Origin: the human T2T-CHM13v2.0 reference genome, Homo sapiens
Strand: one strand, 5' to 3'
DNA: 64,000 nt
Assembly: GCF_009914755.1 (NCBI RefSeq)
Contig: NC_060928.1
In this document: positions 28,789 through 40,364 of the stretch, piece by piece
Position numbering within the stretch: position 1 is the first letter of the stretch
Layout of the letters: every line of letters starts with the position of its first letter
Program-made: the position numbers and the translations under genes
Notes under the pieces: model-generated
Seen by the model: only the letters and a program-made list of their open reading frames with translations
Database searches by the model: none
What the model was told of the DNA's origin: nothing

Positions 28789-31700
28789 TCACATGATAAA
28801 GGAAACATGTTTTTAACAAAAGAAGGAAACACTCATGACAATTACAGTCCTGGTTTCTGCAGCTGGTCATGTGGTCGTAGCTGGTACTGATGACTACCTT
28901 CTTCTACTACCCTTCTGTATTCCCTTTGCCTTCAACAAGCACGTCAGTAGTTCGTGGTTTGTTCCTGGTGGAGTGACCCAAACCTTCATTCCTGAAGGGT
29001 CTGGGACATTTGTAGTCCTGCCTGGATTGTGCTGTTGTAATTTCCCATTGACCTTAGTCACTGGGCAGGGTAATGCTAAGAGATGCCCTAATGAATCTCG
29101 TGTATTCCATGTATACTCTTCCTTACCTCAATTGTGGAGTAGTAGACTAATTTATTCTTGATAGTCCAGGTCAATCACCCTGGCCAACACTGTAACAGTA
29201 CAATATATTGGATGCTGATTCAGAGCATACACAGCCTTCGGAGAACTTTTCCCCAACCATGCAAAGTACTGTCACCTAGTTGGCATTGTAATTGTGACTT
29301 CAAAAGGCCATTCCACAGTTCTATCAATCCAGCTGCTTCAGGGTGATGGGGAATGTGGTGAGCCCACTGCTTTAGCCATAAAGTGAATGCCTTGGTCAGA
29401 GGCAATGCTGTGTGGAATACCATGACAGTGGATAAGGAATTCATGAGTCCACAGATGGTAGTCTTGGCAGAAGTATTGCGTGCAAGATAGGCAAACCCAT
29501 ATCTGGAGTAAATACTGTTCCAGTGAGGATAGACCTCTGCCCTTTCCATGATGGAGGAGATTCAATATAATCAACCTGCCACAAGGTAGCTGGCTGATCA
29601 TCCCAAGGAATGGTGCCATATTGAGGGCTCAGTGTTGGTCTCTGCTGCTGGCAAATTGGACGATGGCCACTTTGCTCATGAGCCCATTGAGTGATGACAG
29701 GAGTGAGTGGGGAAAGAGGCTGAGTCGTGTCCACAAAATGAGTTATCCTATCCACTTGATTATTAAAATCCTCCTCTGCTGAGGTCAATCGTTGGTGAGC
29801 ACTCACATGAGATACAAATATCTTCACAGTTTTTGACCACTCAGTGAAGTCCATCCACATACCTCTTCCCCAAATTTCTTTGTCATCAATTTTCCAATCA
29901 TGCTCCTTCCAAGTCCCTGACCATCCAGCCAAACCATTGGCTACGGCCCATGAATAAGTATATAATTGCACATCTGGCCATTTCTCCTTCCATGCAAAGT
30001 GCATAACTAGGTGCACTACATGGAGTTCTGTCCACTGGGAAGATTTCCCTTCACTGCTGCTCTTTAGGGATGTCCTGGAAAGAGGCTGTAGTGGTGCAGC
30101 TGTCCACTTTTGGGTGGTACATGCATATTGGGCAGAACCATCTGTGAATCAGGCCCTAGTCTTCTCTTCCTCTATCAACTGATCATAGGGAACTTCCCAT
30201 GAGGCCATTGGTGCTGGCAGGGGGAGAGAAGGCAGGGTGGCAAGGGTGGAGACCATGGGCATTTGAGCCACTTCCTCATGTAACATACTTGTGCCTTCAG
30301 GACATGCTGGAGCCCAATCACATATATACCACTTCCATTTGAAGATAGAATGCTGCTATGCATGATCGATGTTATGCCTAGATGTGTCAGAAAGCACCCT
30401 GTTCATGATAGGCAGTTCAGGTCATATGGTGACTTGATGACCCGTAGTCAAACATTCAGTTTCCACCAAAGCCCAGTAACAGACCAAGAGCTGTCTCTCA
30501 AAATGAAAGTAGTTATCTTCAGAAGATGGCAGGGCCTAGCTCCAAAATCCTAGGGGCCTTCGTTGTGATTCAACTATGGGGGCTTGCCAAAGGCTCTAAA
30601 CAACATACCTATCTGCAATTGACACCTCAAGCACCGTTGGACCTGCTGGGTCACCTAGCCCAGGTGGCAGAGCAGCTTACACAGCAGCCTGGACCTGTTG
30701 CATAGCCTTCTCCTCTTCTGGACCCCACTCAAAACTGGCAGCCTTTCAGGTCACTCAATACATGGGCTGAAGTAACACACCTAAATAAGAAATGCGTTGC
30801 CTCCAAAATCCAAATAGGCCCACTAGGTACTGTGCCTCTTTTTGGTTGTAGGAGGGGCCAAATGCACTAACTTATCTTTCACCTTAGAAGGAATATCTCA
30901 ACAGGCCCCACACCAGTGGACTCCTAGAAATTTTACTGAGTTAGAAGATCCCTGAATTTTATTCAGTTTTATTTCCCATCTTCTAACACACAAATGTCTC
31001 ACCAATAAGTCCGGTGTGTTTGCTACTTTTTGCTCACTGAATCCAATCAGCATAATGCCATCAATGTCATGGACTAGTGTGATATCTTCCAGAAGCTACA
31101 AGTGATCAAGGTCTCTTCAAATAAGATTATGACACAAAGAAGGGGAGTTGATATATGCCTGAGATAGGACAGTAAAGATATATTGCTGGCCTTGCCAGCT
31201 GAAGGCAAATTGCTTCTGGAGGGCCTTATGGACAGGAATGGAGAAAAAGGCACTTTTCCAAGTCAATGGCTATATACCAGGTACCAGGAGATGTGTTAAT
31301 TTGCTCAAGCAATGAAACCACATTTGGTACAGCAGCTGCAATTGGAGTCACCACTTGGTTAAGCTTGTGATAATCCACTGTCATTCTCCAAGATCCACCT
31401 GTCTTCTGCACAGGCCAAATGGGAGAGTTGAACAGGTTTGTGTTGGAAATCACCACCCCTGCATCTTTCATGTCATTGATGGTGTCACTAATCTCCTCAA
31501 TCCCTCCAGAGATGCAATATTGCAATATTGTTTTTGATTTACTATTATTCTATGTAGAGGCAGCTCTAATGGCTTCTATTTGGCCTTTCCCAGCATAATA
31601 GCCCTCACCCTAGCAGTCAGGGAGCCATTGTGGGGGTTCTGCTGACTGCTAAGTATGTTCTTGCCAATTATGCATTCTAGCACCGGGGAAATGGCCATGG

Positions 31701-33770
31701 GATGAGACTGGGGACCAGCTGGATCCACTGTAAGTCAGACCAGAGATAAAACTCCATTAATTACCTGACCTCCATAAGCTTCTACTTTAACTGGAGAACC
31801 ACAGTGATATTTTGGGCCCCCTGGAATCAATGTCAGCTCAAAGGCAGTGCCCAGTAGTCCCTGAAATGTCTGATCATTTCCCTTTCCCCAGTGCACAGTT
31901 ACCCTGGTAAAAGGCCAGAGGTCTCCTTGGGGAAGGATGGGAGAAAGATTCACTTCATAAATGGTCTCTAATGTAGTAGGCTCCTTCCTCAATGGGACCT
32001 GGCATCCCTTTCATTCAAGGGGTTCTGGGTCTGTAAACTGGCTCATGTCTGGAAATTGACTGAGGGGATGTGATTCTCTGTTTTTATAATTCAAATTAAT
32101 CTTCTGTCCATTCGACCTAGAATTTTTCTGCTTGTATAAATTAAGCAGTAATGCAGTAGGCTTCCTACCAATCTCACTTCTAGAAATAACATGATTAATT
32201 ACCCAGTGCCAGAGTTCTACGTGAGTCAGACCATTCTGATTGCAGCTTTGCCTCTGCTGTCCATTACAGTAGCTATGCCCACATTGCCTTTGATGGTTGA
32301 GTGCCTCCGCCTGGACCCTGCCACCTCGGGATCCAATTATTCCCATTGTATTTAAATTTTGCAGTTGAGTGACTGTAGTTTCCACTGTTAGATCTGACAT
32401 ACAGAAAAGAACAATTACAGGGCTCTTCAAAGATGCAGGTGCTGTCCTCACAAATCTCTTTCACAAGGCATTGGTCAATTGTATATTTTCTGGACCCTCC
32501 CAGCTGGGATGAGTAGGTCTAAAGTGACTAATCCACTCTACCATCCCAATCTCCCTAAGCCTTTGGATCCCTTCCTCTACATTAAACCAAGGTAAATCAG
32601 GCATTTCTAGCTCACTCACAGTGTGCTATCTTGTAATCCATATTTCAGCTAACCAAGCAAATAAACTATTAGAATCTTTTTAACTTCCTCCCTAAGCTGC
32701 AACATTAAATGCAGAATGATTACTTAGTGTGCCAAAATCGATATATTCAGCCTGATCCAACTCTATGTTCCTTCCACCATTATCCCACATCCTTAATATC
32801 CATTCCCATGCCTATTCTCCAGATTTCTGCTCTCAAAAATTAAAAAACTCAAGCAGTTCTTTTCGAGTGCACCTCCTCATGGCTCACACTCTCAACCTCA
32901 TTTCTAGAGGCACTCCAAAACTTTAGTCTAGTTATAAGTCTAGAAGCAAACACGGGTTTTGGAGGTGGCTGCTAAGGAGAATCAGCATTATCTTGCCTGG
33001 CAACTGCCTCAGTGGAGGCCATCACTGTTGCCTCAGGTGGTGCAGGGTTAATCTCCTCAGACAAAGGTAGAAAGGCTGATGGCAGCATGGGTTGGCGAGG
33101 GGATGTTGACACTACTGTGGATGGGGAAGCTGTTTCTTCCAGCAAAAAAAGATTCATCGAAATTTACAAACTCAGTGTCCCCAGCTTCATCAGGGTTCTC
33201 CCACACATACTCATTCCAAGTTGCAGGGTCCCATTCTTTTCCAACCAATGTCTTCACTGTAACAGTAGACACCTGGAGAGGCTGTGCATGCACCTTTTGT
33301 TGCAGGTCAGCCAGTCTCATGATAAGAGCTTATGTCTGGTTTTCCACAATTTCAGCTCTTTCTCTACAGGAGATAAGACTCTCACCCTGGGCAATCTTAG
33401 CAATTTGAGGCTCAGTGTCTTCTGAAGCCGGGAGATAGAATAACTGAGTTCATCATTTTTTTCCTCACTTTTCCACTGAACTTAGAAGCAACCAACCTGC
33501 TTCATTATGTTCTTTGGTTCTCCATATATGGTCAAAGGTATTATATATAGAGTCACTAAACTCCTTGCCTCTCATGAGTGATGAATCAGGAATGTCAAAT
33601 ACATTTATTTTGGATAACTCTCTAAATAGTCCACACCAAAAACTATCAGTGTTCTCCCTACTATTAGAAGTACAGTCCTTAGCATTTTTGGATCAAATGA
33701 TATTAAGCAGCCAACTCCAGAAACCCCCAAACCAGTGAAAGTACTCCATCCTTAATATTCTGTTCCCCTA

Positions 33771-33788
33771 GAATCACTTCTGGCACCA
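33771..33788 (-). promoter_or_regulatory. HERV-L primer-binding site (tRNA-Leu type)
   Basis: minus strand TGGTGCCAGAAGTGATTC directly after the 5' LTR. Confidence 0.75.
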
Positions 33789-33793
33789 AAATC

Positions 33794-34007
33794 TGGATTA
33801 GTCATGGTTCCATAGGGAAACAGAACTAATGTATATATATATATATATATATATAAATTTGGATTGTGCTTATCTAGATTAAGGGTGGGTGTGCCTTCCC
33901 TAGTCCACTGACTCAAAAGTTAATCTCCTTTGGCAACACCCTCAGAGTCACACCCAGGATCAATACCTTCAATTCAATCAAGTTGACGCTCAATATTAAC
34001 CATTGTA
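33794..34007 (-). mobile_element. MLT2A 5' LTR of HERV-L with an internal deletion
   Basis: ttagtcatggttcc...cagaactaat (TA)n joined directly to ttggattgtgc...agattaagggtggg...taaccattgta. Confidence 0.9.
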
Positions 34008-34517
34008 ATGATATAAAAGTTTGGCACCAGATACAGTTCACAAAGACCTTGCTGATAAAACAGATTGTGGTAAAGAAGCTAGCTAAAACTCACCAAAACC
34101 AAGATGGCAACTTCTGGTAATCCTCACTGCTCATTATATGCTAATTAATTATAATTCATTAGCATGCTGAAAGACACTCCCATCATCTCCATAACAGTAT
34201 ATAGATGCCATGGCAATATCAGGAAGTTACCCTATATGGTCTAAAGCAAGGAGGGACCCTCAGTTCCTGGAACTGCACATCCCTTTTCAGGAAACTTATG
34301 AATACTCAACCTCTTGTTTAGCATATAATCAAGAAGTAACCATAAAAATAGCCAACCAGCAATACTTAGGGCTTCTCTGCCTACGTAGTAGCCATTCTTT
34401 ATTGTTTTACTTTCTTAATAAACTTGCTTTCACTTTATGGATTTGCCTCTAATTCTTTCTTGCCCAATAGCAAAGAATCTCTCTTCTGGTCTGGATCTGG
34501 ACCCCTTTCCAGTAACA
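34008..34517 (+). mobile_element. MER41B LTR lacking its first ~110 bp
   Basis: aagaccttgctgataaaacag, caccaaaaccaagatggc, ggaagttaccctatatggtct, B-type segments (tcattatatgctaatt; accctcagttcctggaa), terminus gacccctttccagtaaca. Confidence 0.92.
34264..34293. promoter_or_regulatory. Tandem GAS (STAT1) sites of MER41B: one perfect, one degenerate
   Basis: TTCCTGGAA at 34264-34272 fits TTCN3GAA; TTTCAGGAA at 34285-34293 has one mismatch; binding is not shown by sequence. Confidence 0.6.
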
Positions 34518-34625
34518 TATCTATACACACGCACACATACACAAACACACACATAAATATGTACATATATATGTGTGTGTAGTGTGTGTATATATATGTG
34601 TGTATATATATGGAGAGAGAAGGAG
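34518..34625. repeat. (CA)n/(TA)n/(TG)n compound microsatellite
   Basis: direct reading. Confidence 0.9.
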
Positions 34626-34715
34626 AGATGGATTGAGACAAAGATATTTGCAAAAGTATTCATTCAGTAAAGTACTGTAGATATATATATATAAGGTGTT
34701 TAGCAAAAGTAAGTA

Positions 34716-35037
34716 TAGTCAACCCTCTCTATCTGCGGGTTCTGCATGCATGTATTCAACCAACTATGCAATAAAATATTTAAAAATAATTAAATGACAA
34801 ATAACAATACAATATTTAACATACAAATAAAAATACAGTATAACAAATATTTACATAACATTTACATTGTATAAGGTATTATAGGTAACCTACAGATCAT
34901 TTGAAGTATACAGGAGGATATGTGTAGGTTTGATGCAAATACTACATTTTTTAATATAAGAGACTTGTTCATCTGTAAAATTTTTCGTATTTGCAGGAGT
35001 CCTGGAACCAACCCCCGAGGATACCAGGGAAACACTG
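34716..35037. mobile_element. Tigger3a/MER7A-like MITE (TcMar)
   Basis: TIRs tagtcaaccctctctatctgcggg ... cccgaggataccagggaaacactg, flanked by TA. Confidence 0.85.
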
Positions 35038-35038
35038 T

Positions 35039-35088
35039 AGTGTGTGCGTGTGTGTGTGCGCGCATGTATGTGTGTGTGCGTGTGTGTA
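35039..35088. repeat. (TG/CG)n alternating purine-pyrimidine tract
   Basis: direct reading. Confidence 0.9.
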
Positions 35089-35584
35089 GTTGCTCCCTAC
35101 GTTTCTTTTACCATTTGAACATGAACTATCATTAGAGAAATTAGGCTCTGTCCAAATTATATAACACAAAATGTTTTTCTTACTTGTTACATAGATAAGA
35201 TTAAAAGGTTCATGAACTGGAAAAGAAGAAAAAAAGGTGTGCACATGAGTTTAATGAGGAAAAGGCCTCTAACATTGCATGTGTTTCATGTCTTTTTTTA
35301 ACATCACTGAGGGACTACCTTCTTGAGAAAACTAAATACAAATCTGGTGTTACTCTCCTGCTGGAGGCACAAACTATTTCTTTATCCTAGAAAAGGTACC
35401 TGTTCCCCTGAAAATTAATATGATTAGCCTGAAGACATAGTGAAAAATGACAACCACTTTATTAGGTTACTAAGATCATCTTTTCCTGTCTATTCAGAAA
35501 AACAAAGGTTTCAATAATTCAGAATTATAATCCACTAGTGATAAAAACAAATTAATCACTATTATCATTAAATATACAATATTA

Positions 35585-36206
35585 GGGCCCACTGAGAGCC
35601 ATCCCAGTAACCCGACCACCGCTGGTCTTCACTGGACACCATGAACCACACTGTCCAACCTTCTCTCCTATCAACAGCGGCCAGCCCCCCAACTATGAGA
35701 TGCTCAAGGAGGAGCACGAGGTGGCTGTGCTGGGGGTGGCCTACAACCCTGCTCCCCCGACGTCCACCGTGATCCACATCCGCAACGAGACCTCCGTGCC
35801 CGACCATGTTGTCTGGTCCCTGTTCAACACTCTCTTCATGAACCCCTGCTGCCTGGGCTTCATAGCATTCGCTTACTCCGTGAAGTCTAGGCACAGGAAG
35901 ATGGTTGGCGACCTGACTGGCGCCCAGGCCTATGCCTCCACCGCCAAGTGCCTGAACATCTGGGCCCTGATTTTGGGCATCCTCATGACCATTCTGCTCA
36001 TCATCATCCCAGTGTTGATCTTCCAAGCCTATCAATAGATCAGGAGGCATCATTGAGGCCAGGAGCTCTGCCCATGACCTGTATCCCATGTACTCCACCT
36101 TCCATTCCTCACCCTGCCCCCGGAGCTGAGTCCTGTGTCAGCCCTTTATCCTCACACACTTTTCTACAACGGCATTCAATAAAGTGCACGTGTTTCTGGT
36201 AAAAAA

Positions 36207-36241
<35 letters not shown>
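35585..36241 (+). pseudogene. IFITM3/IFITM2-like processed pseudogene (retrocopy)
   Basis: intronless 5' UTR, CDS and 3' UTR; AATAAA at 36178-36183; (TAAA)n tail; TSD aaatataca(a/g)tatta at 35570-35584 and 36242-36256; 1-nt frameshift after ATG 35641. Confidence 0.97.
35700..36038 (+). CDS. Intact 112-aa N-terminally truncated IFITM3-like ORF (CD225 domain); translation unproven
   Basis: [12 protein letters not shown]...[30 protein letters not shown]...[17 protein letters not shown]...; no internal stop. Confidence 0.3.
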   Translation: MLKEEHEVAVLGVAYNPAPPTSTVIHIRNETSVPDHVVWSLFNTLFMNPCCLGFIAFAYSVKSRHRKMVGDLTGAQAYASTAKCLNIWALILGILMTILLIIIPVLIFQAYQ

Positions 36242-38829
36242 AAATATACAGTATTACACACTTACCCTTATATGATATCCACATTTCCAAAAATATTCAG
36301 TTGCATCCTCCTCTTTGCTCACTCATGTTTAAGTTTTTCCTATAGCAAATTAAAAGGGAAAGATACAGGAAAAGAGAGAAAGAGGGAGTGCGAGCAAGTG
36401 AGCAAATCAAATGAAAAACTGTTGGATAAGTTTCTGCTATCCTAGATGATGTAATAAAACCCGGAGGTGAGTCACAGGGCTTAGGTTTAACCTATTTCCT
36501 TCATACGTGATATAATTATTGGTGTTTTTTTCTTTTTCTTTCTTTTTTTTTTTTTTTTTTTACCAATTTCTGCCCAGTAGCATAGACGAAAAGACTAAAG
36601 AAAGTGGTGACTCCTGAATCTCAATAGAGTACTGGCACCACTTCCCTATGAATTACTAAAAAAGAATGAGAAGAGAATCAGAGAGAAGGTATAAATTTGA
36701 AATTTTGCCCTTTATGTCATGGTGATGTGACAACTAATATCTCTGCACAAATCAGCATCTGAGACTTTAAGTAAAGAGACCAATATCTTTATGGGAAGGA
36801 GAGGAAAATCATTTTTCCTGCTTAGTCAAATGACAAATAAATGTAGCTAATTTATAATTCATCCATGATACAAATTTACAGACCTTTGGCTCTGAAAAAA
36901 TGTGCTTTTTACATTTCCATAGTGATAGTTAACCTCAGAACACTCTATGATGGTAATGTGATATTTTTTGAGTAATGTAACATGAAAAATACATTTTTTT
37001 GGTCAATAGTCTTCAAAGATAGTATTCTTTACCTAATAGTGCTGCTTCTTTTTGCTTGTATCTTGGCCTTGGAGCATCAGAATTTATGTAAAATTGTCAC
37101 GTTTCACCATTACCTTCATTTGTGCTTAAGTGCACACACACACACACATTCACGAAAGATTGTGTTACTTTTCTTGCCAAAATAAGAATGACATCTTTGT
37201 TGAATTTTTCTTTATAAAGTTAAAATTGCATTGCAATAGATACTGTTCCTAAATATGGCTTGCATTTTTCCACGGGTCTTTTCTTTCAATTAAGGAAACA
37301 TTGCTATAAGATGAAAATATAAGATGCCCAGCCTAAAATCATGTATTTACATTATATATGCTTTATGTATCTCCAAACTTTTTAGTTATTAAAAAATTAA
37401 TGTTCTTTTACATAGTGAATGGACACAGAGATATTCATAGGAACATTATTTAGATTAGCTAAGCAAACTTCTGAAAGAAAATTGAAAACCATGTTAATGT
37501 ATAATCATGGAAAATTGATTAAATGATGCAATTTGTGGCTTATTCATAAACAGGCTCATAAAGTCATTTTAAAATACATTTAAAATGTTATTATTAGAAC
37601 TGTTTACACTTTATATTAAGTTAAAAATTAGGATACCAAATTATATGTGCAAAATACTCTCGGTCATGTAAAATATTGTGCATATAGACAGAAATTTGCC
37701 AAAAGTCAGTTAGTTGCGGTCACTGAGTGTGGTTGTTTAGATGGATTTAATTTTTAAAATACATTTTTTCAGCATTTTGTAATGTGCATATTTTGTTCTC
37801 ATAATCAACTCTTTCTAAACTGCATCTTTTAAGCATATTTTAAAAAGCAATTTAACTGTACAGTTTTTACAAAATGTTACAAGTTAAATGATTAAGCACT
37901 TATAATTTTGAGAAGTTTGTACTGTAGAATACTCTGATAATTTTGTCAAATTAAGCTCTGTATTAGCAGAAAAGGGTGAAAGTGCAAAAACTTTCATAAG
38001 GATGATTTTAATTTCTACGACATTTTATGCTATGTTCTGACATGTTGTATTTCAGTCTTCCATTTTGATGAAACACTCTGTTGTTCTTTGCTTTTTCATG
38101 TAATCTCACCAGAAAAATAAAAAATAGTATAGCCTCTTTTTTTTAAATCACACTTGATGTATATATTTGTCAGATGTAGAATTGTAAGTGCTTTAACTCT
38201 CTCCTATTAACCACTCTGAAATCCACTGCATCCAGGAATTAGGTTCAGGTAATAGCCTGCTGACACCTAAGGTAAAATTCAGTCATTGTGTATGCATGTC
38301 AAAATCTATTAAAGCAATTGAATGAAGAGCTTACACTACAAAGCTTAATTAAACACATAGATTTTCACCTAGCTTATTTTAAAAGTATGACTTTATCTAA
38401 ATGATGGAAAAAGAGTTTCCATTGAAATTATCTTTTACATTGTCTCCAATACATATTAGAGAATTTTCCTGTGGTCTGCAGCTATACCATTTATTATATT
38501 GATGTTTATGAAAAGATTCTTTTTTTAACTATATTCACCTTACATTTGGGTCGAAATTCACGGTAATTTGAAACCTACAAATAACTGTAAATGACTCTCT
38601 TTTGCCAAGTACTCAACAACATTTGTATGAACACAGAAATGAGCTTTGATACTGAGCAAATTCAACTTGGAGAGGTAGTTTAGGTAATTTGTTTCATTGA
38701 TGTCTCATGACAACCATTATGAGTACTCAGCATAATCAAGTTCCTGTTTTATAGTATAGCCCTGAAAAAGTCAATAGAAAATTGAGATTAAACAAATTTT
38801 GGGGCAGTGCTTACTTTCATGTGCTAGTC

Positions 38830-39270
38830 TGTTAGTAAACGTTTATTTCATGAATATGCATTGTGTGCATACTACATACCATTGTAGGTGCTAGCTGAAG
38901 TAATCTAAAGTACACAATGGTTCTGCCCTCCCAGTGTTTATCATTGAATGCCAGTGACAGGCAAGTAAGTCATTCGCAAACACTGAACTAAATTTAATGA
39001 CGAAGGAACTATAGGCTTTTATGTTAGCACGTCAGGGGAGATCTTGGCATAGACTTTATGGAAATGGAAAGGTATCCTTGAGGACATTATGTCTATTTTT
39101 AATCATACAGAATATGTAAGCTTGGCCAATAGTTACGAATGGGAGGATGGAACAATAGTCAAAAAATTTCTGTCAGAGGAAAGAGCATATATAAAGAGAG
39201 AGAAAAGCATTTTATGGGATTCAAAATAGACAGAAATGGCCAAGATGCAGAGTGAAAGGGAAATAGTAAG
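38830..39270 (-). mobile_element. L2 3' remnant
   Basis: catactacataccattgtaggtgctag...tggttctgccctc...gaggaaagagcatatataaag. Confidence 0.65.
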
Positions 39271-39720
39271 AATTTAGTCATCATTTAAAAATATATTTTA
39301 TATTGTATAATGTTTAAGTTATATAATATTTGAAAATTAAATATTTTAACATCTGCAAAGTTACTTTCCAAAATACACTATTCAAGTATCTAAATTTTTT
39401 TGTTAAATGCTAGGCAAAATGCTGTACTACTTCTTTTGCTTGTAAAATAATTGAAGTCAGGGAAGGTATCTCCCTGCCTCAGTCAGTTTGGGCTGCTAGA
39501 GCAGAATACCATAAATTAAGTGTTTTAAACGTCAGCCATTTCTGTCTCACAGTTTTGGAGTCTGGGGAGTCCAAAATCATGGTGTCAACAGTTTTAGTGC
39601 CTGGTGACATCATGTCTCCTGGTTTGCAGATGGCCTTCCTCTTGTATCTTCACATGTTGGAGAGCAGGAAGACAGCAAGCTCTTTTTCTTCAAACAGAAG
39701 TCTCTTTTTTAAAAAGGCAC

Positions 39721-40131
39721 TGTATTAGATCATTCTTGCACTACTATTAAGAAATACAGGAGACTAAGTAATTTATAAAGAAATAAAGTTTAATTGGCTC
39801 ACGGTTTTGCAGGCTGTACAGGAAGCGTGATGCTAGAATCTGCTTAGCTTCTGAGAAGGCCTCAGGAAACTTACAATCATGGTGGAAGGGAAAAGAGGAG
39901 CTGGCACTTCGCATGGCCAGAGTAGGAGAGTGAGAGTGGGGAGGAGCCACAAACTTTTAAACAACCAAAGCTAGTGAGAATTCTATCAGGAGAACAGTTC
40001 TAGAAGCATGGTGCTAAATCATTAGAAACTGCCCCCATGATCCAGTGACCTCACGCTAGGCCCCACCTCCAGCACTGGTGATTACAATTCAACATGAGAT
40101 TTGGGTGGGAACACAGATCCAAACCAGACCA
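39721..40131 (-). mobile_element. MSTA-like solo LTR
   Basis: tgtattag...gagatttgggtgggaacacagatccaaacca; perfect TSD ggcac. Confidence 0.92.
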
Positions 40132-40258
40132 GGCACCAATTTCATTCTTGAGGGCAACATCTTCACGATTTAATTATCTCCCAATGAGCTGCCTTCAAAT
40201 ACCATAATCTTGGGTGTTAGGGTTTCAACATATAAATCTTCAGAGGATAATCTGAAAA

Positions 40259-40364
40259 TGTCTCACAGTTTTGGAATCTGGGATGTCCAAAATCATGGTG
40301 TCAACAGTTTTAGTACCTGGTGACATCATGTCTCCTGGTCTTCAGATGGCCTTCCTCTTGTATC
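40259..40364 (+). repeat. 106-bp direct copy of 39543-39648
   Basis: 6 mismatches in 106 bp by manual alignment. Confidence 0.95.

Noticed and set aside
29220-32464. Domesticated HERV-L gag/pol gene
   Set aside because: Fragmented into short ORFs; RT motif mutated; integrase zinc finger deleted
35320-35412. Extra TTC-N4-GAA (STAT6-like) motifs upstream of the retrocopy
   Set aside because: Short motifs expected by chance in AT-rich DNA; no clear ISRE nearby
35568-36098. 176-aa antisense ORF across the IFITM retrocopy
   Set aside because: Shadow of a GC-rich sense CDS; ends in the flanking TSD; no recognisable domain
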